32,000 nt of DNA. Origin: Pirellula staleyi DSM 6068. Its GTDB lineage: Bacteria; Planctomycetota; Planctomycetia; Pirellulales; Pirellulaceae. The DNA is taken from contig CP001848.1 in assembly GCA_000025185.1 (NCBI GenBank), forward strand, positions 5,190,001 through 5,222,000. The letters are read 5' to 3'. Positions 15,973 to 24,432 of this stretch are shown here, piece by piece. Under the pieces are notes generated by a model. The model saw nothing but the letters and a program-made list of their open reading frames with translations, did not search any database and had not been told where the DNA came from. Each line of letters begins with the position of its first letter. Within the stretch, counting starts at the first letter, position 1. The position numbers were made by a program, and so were the translations under genes.

Positions 15973-17442
15973 CTAAGGCTTCGCGCCGACAGCCGCTGAA
16001 ATCGCCGTGCTCAGTTCCGCCAGGCCTTCGCGCGGATTCACTTCGTAGAGTCCGGCGTGGTAGGTCGTCACTTTGCCATCCTTGCCGATAACCACAAACA
16101 GCGGCAGCGCGGCACCAGCAGAACGTGGATCTCCCAGGCGATCGAGCAACTTGCCATCGTCGACCATGATGGGATAGCTGAGGTTCATGAACGACCGAAG
16201 TCGCCGCGCAGCCGACAAACTGCCGCGACGCGTTTCAGCGTCCGAGAGTTCGGGATCGCAGTGCACGCCAAGCGTCACCACTCCATCAGCAGCTCGCTTG
16301 CGCGCCAGAAAATCGAGGTAGCCAATCTGACCGTAAGGCTCCTCGAGAGGCGAATCGGTGTACTTCCAAAAGTGCAGCACCACAACCTTACCGGCATACG
16401 ATTCTCCCTCGGTCACTTTGCCTAGGAGATCCACCAGGGTGAGATCGCCAGCCTCTTTGCCGAGAATCGCTTCTCGCAGAGCGGCAATGGCTGCCTGCTG
16501 CGATTTTTGGCCACGCACCTCTTTGTCAGCCGACGTTGCCACCTGCTTCAGGAGCAACGACTTTTGCGAATCGATCAACTTGGGAAGCTCAGTCTTGAGC
16601 GTGGTGAGTTGCTCGGCTGACAGCTCCGGGCGCTCCGTCCGCACTTCGCGTTTCAAAAGATCCCGCAGGGCAATCCACTGATCCAGTTCCTGGCTCGCTT
16701 CCTGGCTATCGGACGAGGCAAGTGTCGCTCGAGAAACCAGCTTGAATTTCAGCTGCTGCTGTTCCCCCTGGCCGACAAACAGCGTTTCGACACCATCGAG
16801 CATCAGGCAATCCTCGGCGGCGATCCAGAACGAACGTCGATGCCCAAAGCGGCCGCGGCTTTCGATCTCCACGGCGTCGATCTCTTGGCGTTTGCCAGTG
16901 GCGAGTGTTTTGTAGTTGAGCCCACCTGCGGTCCACATCGCACCTTCGTCGCGCGAGAGGGTCGTCGAGGCGAGTGGGATCGCAATCGGCACCACACTGC
17001 GGCCCCCACTGTGCGTGAGCAACACAGCCGGCCCCCCTACCGAATCGCCCGGCTCGAGCAAGTTCACACTGGCCCGTCCGTAGTGCTCGAGCCAGCTAAA
17101 CGTCCCTCGACCTTCCTCAGCCAGGCTCCAGCCAACCGTGGCGTTCTCTCCTGCGATTTGCTCGACCAGCAAGTTCAGCTGAATCCGCTTCACTTGCGGT
17201 GTCCCATCGTCCTTATCGGCGGTGATTGTCAATTCATACGTAAGTTGCTCCCCAGCAGCGATTTGCGGATTGGCAGCAAGAGTGGCGAGCAGCACCAAAG
17301 TAGTAAGCACGCGAAATGCTTTCGAAAAAGATCCGTGGCGGATCGAGGGTTGAGCAGGGCGGGGCAGTAACCGGGCGGGATAGCTTCGACAAAAGCTTTG
17401 GATGAAAGCCTTCAGGAGGGAAATCGACAGTCGCCGACCCAT
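15973..17442 (-). CDS. Secreted or membrane-anchored protein with a C-terminal thioredoxin-fold (TlpA/redoxin-like) domain lacking CXXC
   Basis: 489-aa ORF with an N-terminal hydrophobic segment 'VLTTLVLLATLAANPQIAAG'. The C-terminal ~150 aa are collinear with TlpA/ResA ('GKVVVLHFW', 'LGVHCD', 'YPIMVDDGKLLDRLG', 'LPLFVVIGKDGKV'). The WCxxC position reads 'WKYTDSPLEEPYG'. Confidence 0.7.
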   Translation of the reverse strand: MGRRLSISLLKAFIQSFCRSYPARLLPRPAQPSIRHGSFSKAFRVLTTLVLLATLAANPQIAAGEQLTYELTITADKDDGTPQVKRIQLNLLVEQIAGENATVGWSLAEEGRGTFSWLEHYGRASVNLLEPGDSVGGPAVLLTHSGGRSVVPIAIPLASTTLSRDEGAMWTAGGLNYKTLATGKRQEIDAVEIESRGRFGHRRSFWIAAEDCLMLDGVETLFVGQGEQQQLKFKLVSRATLASSDSQEASQELDQWIALRDLLKREVRTERPELSAEQLTTLKTELPKLIDSQKSLLLKQVATSADKEVRGQKSQQAAIAALREAILGKEAGDLTLVDLLGKVTEGESYAGKVVVLHFWKYTDSPLEEPYGQIGYLDFLARKRAADGVVTLGVHCDPELSDAETRRGSLSAARRLRSFMNLSYPIMVDDGKLLDRLGDPRSAGAALPLFVVIGKDGKVTTYHAGLYEVNPREGLAELSTAISAAVGAKP

Positions 17443-17878
17443 CGAAGCCTGGGCATGTTAGCGGCAAATTTGGCTTTTGTCACCCAATTTTACCCGATTC
17501 CCCCACTGCGGGGCCTTGGCCGGGCGCTGGGTGTGTGAGAGAACTTGAGCCCGGAAAAACAGTGGGGAGCATGCCACTGGGATGCCGAAGTTAGGATTTC
17601 CCACGGCGACGGCTTTCGAGAAGAGGCCAAGATCGCGTGGGGATAGGCCTTGCAACAACGCTCGCGGTTGGTAAACTCAGCTGCTTGTTGTTTTAACGTC
17701 GTTGTATGGGAATAGTCCCGCCCCAAGAAGCGTAGTAAGAGAAGGAGATTCGTCGCACCGAGGCAAGGCGAAAGATTCGGGTTTGGAGAATAAGCCTTAA
17801 CTGCTTTTTGCAGTTTGACTTAGGAGACTAAAGAATCTCAAACGACCTTTGCCGGCGTGGAGGAATCGTGGCACAGCA

Positions 17879-18148
17879 ATGACAGTGACGAAAGAGCGGA
17901 AGCAGCAGCTGATTTCGGAGTACAGTCGCGAGGAATCGGACTCGGGTTCGCCCGAGGTTCAGATTGCCGTGCTGACAGCACGGATCAACAATCTGACAGA
18001 ACACATGCGATTGCACGACAAAGACTATGCAAGCCGTCGCGGTTTGCTGGCCCTTGTTAGCCGACGACGCACGCTGCTTGACTATCTCCGCCGCGTTAAC
18101 AGTCAAGCCTATGTAGACATCATCGGGAAGTTGGGAATCCGCAAGTAG
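17879..18148 (+). CDS. rpsO: 30S ribosomal protein S15
   Basis: 89 aa from ATG 17879, collinear with E. coli S15 ('[20 protein letters not shown]', '[19 protein letters not shown]'). The track ORF starts at an upstream TTG (17849), which would add 10 aa not seen in S15. Confidence 0.96.
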   Translation: MTVTKERKQQLISEYSREESDSGSPEVQIAVLTARINNLTEHMRLHDKDYASRRGLLALVSRRRTLLDYLRRVNSQAYVDIIGKLGIRK

Positions 18149-18808
18149 GCTCAGGCACTCGCGTTTGTACGTGTGGTCGGCCCGGTTTCCGCGAACTCTT
18201 CTGTTCCCGAGACTTCCCCCTTCCTCACACCTGCCACGCAGTGCTCTTAGCCCTTGCTGTAGTTGCGGTCGACCTAAGATTCTGCCGTCGTAGTTGGGGA
18301 ACACTGGTCCTGCTCGCCATCGCAAGCAGGGTTCGCTGGTGAATCACCTCGAATCATACACTACGCACGCCCGGAACTTTGATCGTCGCCGCTGATCTGT
18401 GAAGTAAATCGTGCGACCCCGCCTCAGCTCGGCAGGTCGATTCTCTTTACAGGTCGCTCCAAACCTGTTTGCCGGGATGCCGACCGGATTCTTTGATGCC
18501 GGTACGCTAGCGCAAGTTGCAAACCCGCAGCCAGCGTTGTCGTCGCATCGCCCCAAGTGAATCAGCAGCCCTCTCGCCACAAGCAAACTCTTCTCAAGAG
18601 GTGCTGGGCGAGAATCCCTGCTGACCATCGGCAGCTACGAACTCCCTCTCCCGTCGATCGCTGGCGAAATTTGTCGCCTCGTATCGATGCCGCACGGATT
18701 CGCATCAGCATACGCGCGAGATCGATCTTTTGCCTCTGGCTGCTCGAGTTTAGCTCCGCATGCCAAGCAAATCATCTCGAGGGTGCAGGACGCAGGAAAA
18801 GATAGGAT

Positions 18809-21049
18809 GTGACTGTGAAGGTTCGCGTCGAAAAGCAAATCGGCAATCACACGTTTTCGTTTGAAACTGGTTATCTCGCGAAGCAAGCTGCTGCGGCAGT
18901 GCTTTGCCAATATGGCGATACCGTCGTGATGAACGCGGCTGCCTCGGGCCCTGGCCGCCCCGGTATCGACTTCTTCCCGCTCACTTGCGACTATCGCGAG
19001 CGAACTGCTGCTGCGGGTAAATTCCCCGGCGGTTTTATCAAGCGTGAAGGTCGCCCCACTACCAAAGAAACCCTCACTTCGCGATTGGTCGACCGACCGA
19101 TTCGCCCGCTGTTCCCCAAGGGATTCCGCGACGAAGTGCAAATCCAGAGCATCGTGCTCTCGAGCGACAAGCAAAACGATGGTGACGTGCTCGCCATGAA
19201 CGGAGCCGGTTGTGCTCTGTTCATTTCGGCCCTCCCATTCAATGGCCCGATCGCGTCGGTTCGGGTCGGCCGCATCAATGGTCAGTTCGTTGCGTTCCCT
19301 ACGCACGATGATCTTGAAACCAGCGATCTCGACCTGATCGTCTCGGGCAGCGAACGCGAAGTCGCCATGATCGAAGGCTTCGCCCGCGAACTCCCCGAAA
19401 ACGACATGTTCGAAGCGATCCTGTTCGCTCACAACGTGATCCGCGACATCTGCGCTTTGCAGCGTGAATTCGCGGCCAAAATCGGGGTCAATAAAGAGCC
19501 CTTCCCAGCCCCAGCTCCTGATGAACTCTTTGAACGCCTCAAGAGTCGCTTCTTCGAAGAGCTCAAGACGGCTCGTCAAACCGTGGGCAAGCATGCTCGC
19601 GCTGAAGCTGTGAAGGCCGTGAAGAACGCAGCTATCGCTGAGTTCATTCCCGACCCAACCGCTCCCGACGCCATCAAGCCTGAAGTGCTGAAAACCGTCT
19701 TCCACGACCTGGAAGAACTGGCTGTGCGCAGCTTGATCCTCAGCGGCATTCGCTCGGATGGCCGCGACAATCGCACCCTCCGCAACATCGAATGCGAAGT
19801 CGACGTTCTCCCACGCGTGCACGGCTCGGCTGTGTTTCAACGTGGCGAAACCCAGGCCCTCATCACCATTACGCTCGGCACCGCCAAGGACGAGCAGCGG
19901 GTGGATGGCCTGTTCGACGAGTATGCCAAGAAGTTCATGCTCGACTACAACTTCCCCTCGTTCAGCGTCGGTGAAGTGCGTCCGATTCGTGGTCCTGGTC
20001 GCCGCGAAATTGGTCACGGAGCTTTGGCCGAACGTAGCGTGAATCCAGTGCTTCCCGCACCGGAAGAATTCCCCTACACGATTCGCGTCATCAGCGACAT
20101 CATGGAAAGCAACGGCAGCTCGTCGATGGCGAGTGTTTGCGGTGCGACTCTCGGTCTGATGGCTGCCGGTGTTCCGATCAGCAATCCAGTCGCCGGTATC
20201 TCGGTTGGCCTGGTGCGCGAGAGCGAACAGAACTGGGTGCTGCTCACCGACATCATTGGCGACGAAGATCACTTCGGCGACATGGATTTCAAAATCGCCG
20301 GAACGCAAAACGGCATCACCGGCATCCAGCTCGATCTGAAGGTCGAAGGGATCAGCACCGACATCATTCGTGCTACTTTCGAACAATCGCGCGAAGCTCG
20401 CATCCAAATCTTGCGTAAGATGCTCACCGTGATTCCTCGTCCGAAAGACGAAATCTCGCCATGGGCACCACGCCTCATCCGTACGCAAATCGATCCCGAA
20501 AAGATCGGCATGCTCATCGGTCCTGGCGGCAAGATGATTCGTGGCATTCAAGAGGCTACGGGCTGCGTGATCGAAGTCGACGACAGCGGCGTGGTGACGA
20601 TTGCCAGCTCGAACCGCGAATGGGCTGAAGCAGCTCTCGCGCAGGTCGAAGCTGTCACCGCCACGGTGCAGATCGGCAAGATCTACAACGGTCGCATCAC
20701 CAGCATCAAGGACTTCGGCGCGTTTGTCGAAATCATCCCTGGTCGCGATGGCCTCGTGCACATCAGCGAACTCTCGGGTGGCTTTGTCAGCTCGGTGGCT
20801 GAAGTTTGCCGCGTGGGTGACGAGATGAAAGTGCTCGTCATCGATGTCGATGAACACGACCGCGTGAAGCTCAGCCGACGCAAGGCGCATGAAGAACTCG
20901 GTTTGCCCGACGAACTAGTTCCACACGGTCAGCCCATCCCAGAAGGTGGCGATCGTGGCGGCGACCGTGGTGGTCGCGGCGGCGGAGGCCGTGGTGGCGA
21001 TCGCGGAGGCCGCGGTGGTGGTGGCGGCGGTCGTGGTGGACGTCGCTAG
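18809..21049 (+). CDS. pnp: Polyribonucleotide nucleotidyltransferase (PNPase) with a C-terminal RGG-rich tail
   Basis: 746-aa ORF with GTG start. The N-terminus '[12 protein letters not shown]' parallels E. coli 'VTLETGMMARQA'. It contains two RNase PH domains, a KH domain ('[15 protein letters not shown]') and an S1 domain ('[20 protein letters not shown]'). The tail is '[34 protein letters not shown]'. Confidence 0.97.
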   Translation: MTVKVRVEKQIGNHTFSFETGYLAKQAAAAVLCQYGDTVVMNAAASGPGRPGIDFFPLTCDYRERTAAAGKFPGGFIKREGRPTTKETLTSRLVDRPIRPLFPKGFRDEVQIQSIVLSSDKQNDGDVLAMNGAGCALFISALPFNGPIASVRVGRINGQFVAFPTHDDLETSDLDLIVSGSEREVAMIEGFARELPENDMFEAILFAHNVIRDICALQREFAAKIGVNKEPFPAPAPDELFERLKSRFFEELKTARQTVGKHARAEAVKAVKNAAIAEFIPDPTAPDAIKPEVLKTVFHDLEELAVRSLILSGIRSDGRDNRTLRNIECEVDVLPRVHGSAVFQRGETQALITITLGTAKDEQRVDGLFDEYAKKFMLDYNFPSFSVGEVRPIRGPGRREIGHGALAERSVNPVLPAPEEFPYTIRVISDIMESNGSSSMASVCGATLGLMAAGVPISNPVAGISVGLVRESEQNWVLLTDIIGDEDHFGDMDFKIAGTQNGITGIQLDLKVEGISTDIIRATFEQSREARIQILRKMLTVIPRPKDEISPWAPRLIRTQIDPEKIGMLIGPGGKMIRGIQEATGCVIEVDDSGVVTIASSNREWAEAALAQVEAVTATVQIGKIYNGRITSIKDFGAFVEIIPGRDGLVHISELSGGFVSSVAEVCRVGDEMKVLVIDVDEHDRVKLSRRKAHEELGLPDELVPHGQPIPEGGDRGGDRGGRGGGGRGGDRGGRGGGGGGRGGRR

Positions 21050-21072
21050 TCGACGCTGCTGATTTTTCTGGA

Positions 21073-21098
21073 CGCTGTGGTCCCTTGGGACCCCAGCG
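21073..21098 (+). terminator. Weak hairpin downstream of pnp (possible terminator)
   Basis: cgctg-t-ggtcc (21073-21083) pairs with ggacc-c-cagcg (21088-21098), with one internal mismatch and a 4-nt loop. It lies 24 nt after the pnp stop. No T-tract follows, so terminator function is doubtful. Confidence 0.3.
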
Positions 21099-21458
21099 CT
21101 TCAGGACGATGAAAATTCCCGAAACCCTCGTACATTTTTGTGCGGGGGTTTCTCATTTTCCAGCGATTAGTACGATGGAAACAGGATGCATCAAGCGGTT
21201 GCTCGTGTAGGGCAGGCTCCCGCCTGCCGCAGCGTGAACGATCGTTCGATTTTTTAGGTGGCTGTGTTGTGCGAAGCTCAGCACAGTGAAGCGTGGCAAC
21301 AGTTCATAACAGCATCAAACGCTGTAGTTGATCTGTCCAAACGTGTCACCTTATTTCAAGGTTCTCACTGCTGTGCTAGCCAGCAGTGCCACCCAAAATT
21401 CAAAGTACTTGAGCGACAGCATCCATAGCAGGTCAGGCCGAATGCAACGAGGATTTCG

Positions 21459-22217
21459 GTGATCGACGACGAAACACCCATTCCAGAACTCTCCGTCGAT
21501 CAGCTCCGCGCGAGCTACCAGGAACTCGCTGCGCTAGCGGGCAGTCTGGCGCACGAAATCAAAAATCCTCTCTCCGTGATTCGGATGAACATGGAGCTGC
21601 TGGCCGAAGATTTTGCGACCCCGCAAACTCCCAAAGAGCGCCGCGCACTGGCCAAAATCGAGATGGTCAGCCGTCAATGCACGCGGCTCGAAAACCTGCT
21701 GAACGATTTCCTACGCTTCTCGCGCGCCGGACGTCTCGACATTCGCCTGGGGAACCTCAACGAACAAATCGCCCGGGTTCTCGACCTGTTTGATGCTCAG
21801 TCGCGCGAGAATGGGGTCGAAGTGATTCGCTATTTCGACCACGATTTGCCGAGTGTTTCGATCGACCCCGAAGCGCTACAAGCGGCGCTGGTGAACCTCG
21901 TAAAAAATGCCCTCGAAGCGATGCCCGCCGGTGGACAACTTGTGGCCCGCACACGGATCACGCGAAATGGTGTCGCGCTCGATCTGATCGACACAGGGTG
22001 CGGCATGGACGAAAAAACAGCGGTCCGGATGTTCGACGCCTTCTACAGCACGAAGAGTGGCGGCTCGGGGCTCGGTCTGCCAACTGCCCGCAAGATCATC
22101 GAAGCCCACGGCGGCCGCATCGGTGTGCAAAGCGAACTCAATCGGGGCACGCAGTTCACGCTCGAATTTCCCACCCCAGCCCGCCTCGCCGATCAGCAAG
22201 ACGGGGCCAAGGAATAG
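21459..22217 (+). CDS. Sensor-less histidine kinase (HisKA + HATPase_c only)
   Basis: 252-aa ORF with GTG start. H-box 'SLAHEIKNPLSVI', N-box 'LVNLVKNALEAM', G1 'DTGCGMD', G2 'GGSGLGLPTARKIIEAHGG'. There are only ~25 aa before the DHp helix and no TM, PAS or GAF domain. Confidence 0.88.
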   Translation: MIDDETPIPELSVDQLRASYQELAALAGSLAHEIKNPLSVIRMNMELLAEDFATPQTPKERRALAKIEMVSRQCTRLENLLNDFLRFSRAGRLDIRLGNLNEQIARVLDLFDAQSRENGVEVIRYFDHDLPSVSIDPEALQAALVNLVKNALEAMPAGGQLVARTRITRNGVALDLIDTGCGMDEKTAVRMFDAFYSTKSGGSGLGLPTARKIIEAHGGRIGVQSELNRGTQFTLEFPTPARLADQQDGAKE

Positions 22218-22269
22218 GCGAGACAAGTCGCCTGTCCTCCGCCGCTCTAACCCGAACTCTTGCTCTATC

Positions 22270-22302
22270 TCTCTGGCCCCTGATCTCTAGTCTCTGGCCC
22301 CT
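22270..22302. repeat. 12-bp direct repeat TCTCTGGCCCCT x2, 21 bp apart
   Basis: Exact copies at 22270-22281 and 22291-22302. They lie in the 86-bp gap between the convergent histidine kinase stop (22217) and Fur-family stop (22304). Confidence 0.7.
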
Positions 22303-22303
22303 C

Positions 22304-22810
22304 TTAAATCATATTCATCCGATGATTCGAGGCACGGCGGCGGGCTTTGGCGCACGCTTCACATACGCCGTTAATGATCAATCGATGGCCAGCGACCCGG
22401 AAGCGATGGTCGCGTGCGACTTGGTCGCGGAGGGCGATCAGCTCGGGGCTTTGGAACTCAAAGAGTTTGTTGCATTCGGTGCAGTGGAAATGGTCGTGCT
22501 GGGGATAGCCGTAATCGTGCTCGTAGACACTCCGCCCGTTGAGCATGAACTTGCGGAGCAGCCCGGCGTCGACAAACTCCGACAGCGTGCGATAGACAGT
22601 CGGTCGGCTGACATGCCCCGGCTTGCCACTTTCGGGCAACTGCTCCATCAGCTGATCAGCATCGAAATGCTCGTGCCTGCTGAACACTTGGTCCACCAGC
22701 GCCAAACGCTGCTGCGTTACGCGCATGCCACGGCTTTGCAGGAATTCGACGAACCGATCGCGTGGGGAAAGCGAAACCGGAACGTGCTCGAGATTGGCCG
22801 GGGTAGCCAT
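22304..22810 (-). CDS. Fur family transcriptional regulator (Fur/Zur/PerR type not resolvable)
   Basis: 168-aa ORF. DNA-binding helix region 'RVTQQRLALVDQVF...SRPTVYRTLSEFVDAGLL'. His-rich metal site 'HDYGYPQHDHFHC'. Two CxxC pairs: 'CTEC' and 'CEAC'. Confidence 0.9.
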   Translation of the reverse strand: MATPANLEHVPVSLSPRDRFVEFLQSRGMRVTQQRLALVDQVFSRHEHFDADQLMEQLPESGKPGHVSRPTVYRTLSEFVDAGLLRKFMLNGRSVYEHDYGYPQHDHFHCTECNKLFEFQSPELIALRDQVARDHRFRVAGHRLIINGVCEACAKARRRASNHRMNMI

Positions 22811-22988
22811 GGCTGATGCATCCGCTGCTAGAGGAGGAGGTTGGCAGGGCCTTATTGAGACGGAAGCTCGTTAAAGCATCGCGTTTTGCCGTGCCGCGTG
22901 TTCTCAACAGCAGTATAGGACTCCTGGCCCCCATTGCCAAGTCGCGGCTGTGCGTCGGCTCGCGAATTCAGCGTGTTTCCCGCGAGAA

Positions 22989-23027
22989 GATCGTTTTCGC
23001 AGGGTCCACAGCATCAAGAAAACGATC
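22989..23027. repeat. Perfect 10-bp inverted repeat GATCGTTTTC-N19-GAAAACGATC
   Basis: Arms at 22989-22998 and 23018-23027. The repeat lies between the flgM-like stop (23134) and the Fur-family start (22810) on the minus-strand transcription path. Confidence 0.7.
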
Positions 23028-23133
23028 AAGGCCAGCAAGAGTTGGATCCTGCTGGCCCTGAAGTTGATGATTCGTAATGCAGGCCGGAATTCAGCCCGCT
23101 ATAGCTTTGTCCAAGACCAATCCGAGGTGCCTG

Positions 23134-23409
23134 TTAGGCGAACTCGTCGAGCAGGTTTTCGAGGGCTGCGTCGAGCTTGGCGTCGGTTTCGTAGGTCCCC
23201 GAAGCAATCTGAGCCTTGATGGCAGCGACACGATCAGCCCGGATTTCCGGCAGATCGCGAGCCTGGCTCAGCAATTGTGCTTCTGGTGAAATATCCACGG
23301 TATCAAGTCCCGAAAAGCTCGAGCTCGACGGAGCAGCAGTGCTCTGGGCTCGGTGTGGGCCGCTGATCGTCTGTGGTGCGTGAACGTGTGCAGTACCGTA
23401 AATATACAT
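23134..23409 (-). CDS. flgM: Anti-sigma-28 factor FlgM-like protein
   Basis: The ORF is open to 23514. The Met at 23409 is preceded by GGAGAGG (reverse complement of 23417-23423). The 91-aa product has a disordered Ser/Ala/Pro-rich N-terminal half. Its C-terminus 'RADRVAAIKAQIASGTYETDAKLDAALENLLDEF' matches the FlgM C-terminal domain pattern. Confidence 0.7.
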   Translation of the reverse strand: MYIYGTAHVHAPQTISGPHRAQSTAAPSSSSFSGLDTVDISPEAQLLSQARDLPEIRADRVAAIKAQIASGTYETDAKLDAALENLLDEFA

Positions 23410-23904
23410 TGCAAGTCCTCTCCATGCGGCAGGTGCGGACAAAAGAGCCTTCTGGCGGCTCATTTCATCGCACGTGGCCAACGTATGTCGACCGGTGGAT
23501 TCCCCGTAAGTCACTCGCTGGAAAGCGAGGCTTAGGCCTCACCCTTTCCAGATTTTTGCTACTGAAGAAAACCGAGTCTAGCTCGCTTTTAGCGACGTGC
23601 TGAAAACCGATGAGTCGCGGGGACTCGAGTTTTCAGGGACACATCAGCCGGAATCGAGGGCCGATCTTCTTCAGTCTACGCTACAGGCCAAAGGCAGGCG
23701 TCGCGATCCGTGTCGGGGAGCCGATCGATCCGTTTGCTGGCAAGGCGACCTTGCGAACGCTAGCACCGAAGCTCCCGTTATATCGAACTGTTACGCGCTA
23801 TCTTTTGACCCAAAACCTACGGTAACCTCCTGTACCGTTTGCCCCTAAGTGGGCGGGCTCTAGCGAACAGCATCAACGAGCCGTGTATGCAGGTTGATTT
23901 GGTC

Positions 23905-23958
23905 GCAACACGTTGCCGTAAAGCAACATGCACCCATTTGGCAACGTGCCTGAGTCCC
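23905..23958. repeat. Three GCAAC(R)(Y)G motifs at exact 18-bp spacing
   Basis: GCAACACG at 23905 (part of the palindrome GCAACACGTTGC, 23905-23916), GCAACATG at 23923, and GCAACGTG at 23941. They lie in an ORF-poor region upstream of the EF-hand gene. Confidence 0.55.
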
Positions 23959-24432
23959 CCAAGCATCCTCGGTGGGGCAATTGGCGAGTCGTCGTTGCCG
24001 GTTCTTTGTCAGACACCAATCACTACGGACAAGCTCGCGGGATGGTTCCCACAAGTTGTCGAAAAAATACTGCCAATCGTTACCAGCCGATCGACCGGTG
24101 CTATCACACATTCCGGGCTGCAGACCGAAAACTGAAACTCGCACCGACTTTGGCAGGTACCGCCCGGGAGTATAGAAAAAGCGTCAAAATCGGGCAAGAT
24201 CGCAAAATCGGGCCCGCGCTCGGGGCTCGACTGGTTCCACCTCCAGTGGGGAGCAGCAAGTGCCACGAGCTGTTTGGCCCAGCATGGAGAATTTCGTGCG
24301 TAAGCCCTGTTTATCGCCGAGCCTGCGAAACTCGCCTCGTCGGCACTGGTTAGTTGCCTGTACGCTTTTGAATCGTCCCTGACGACTGTCCTTCGATCCT
24401 GCTTTCCACCTCACTTTCGCGGAGTTCTTCTG

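Noticed and set aside
18635-20890. 751-aa minus-strand ORF, the longest ORF in this part of the window.
   Set aside because: It is exactly antisense to pnp, whose identity is unambiguous (RNase PH, KH and S1 motifs). The antisense product is Asp/His/Arg/Ala-rich with no recognisable motif. This is a typical shadow ORF in GC-rich DNA.
21998-22816. 272-aa plus-strand ORF spanning the kinase 3' end, the intergenic repeat and the Fur-family gene.
   Set aside because: It is out of frame with the kinase motifs and antisense to the Fur-family gene. It reads through the direct repeat as 'LSLWPLISSLWPLL', so it is an artefact.
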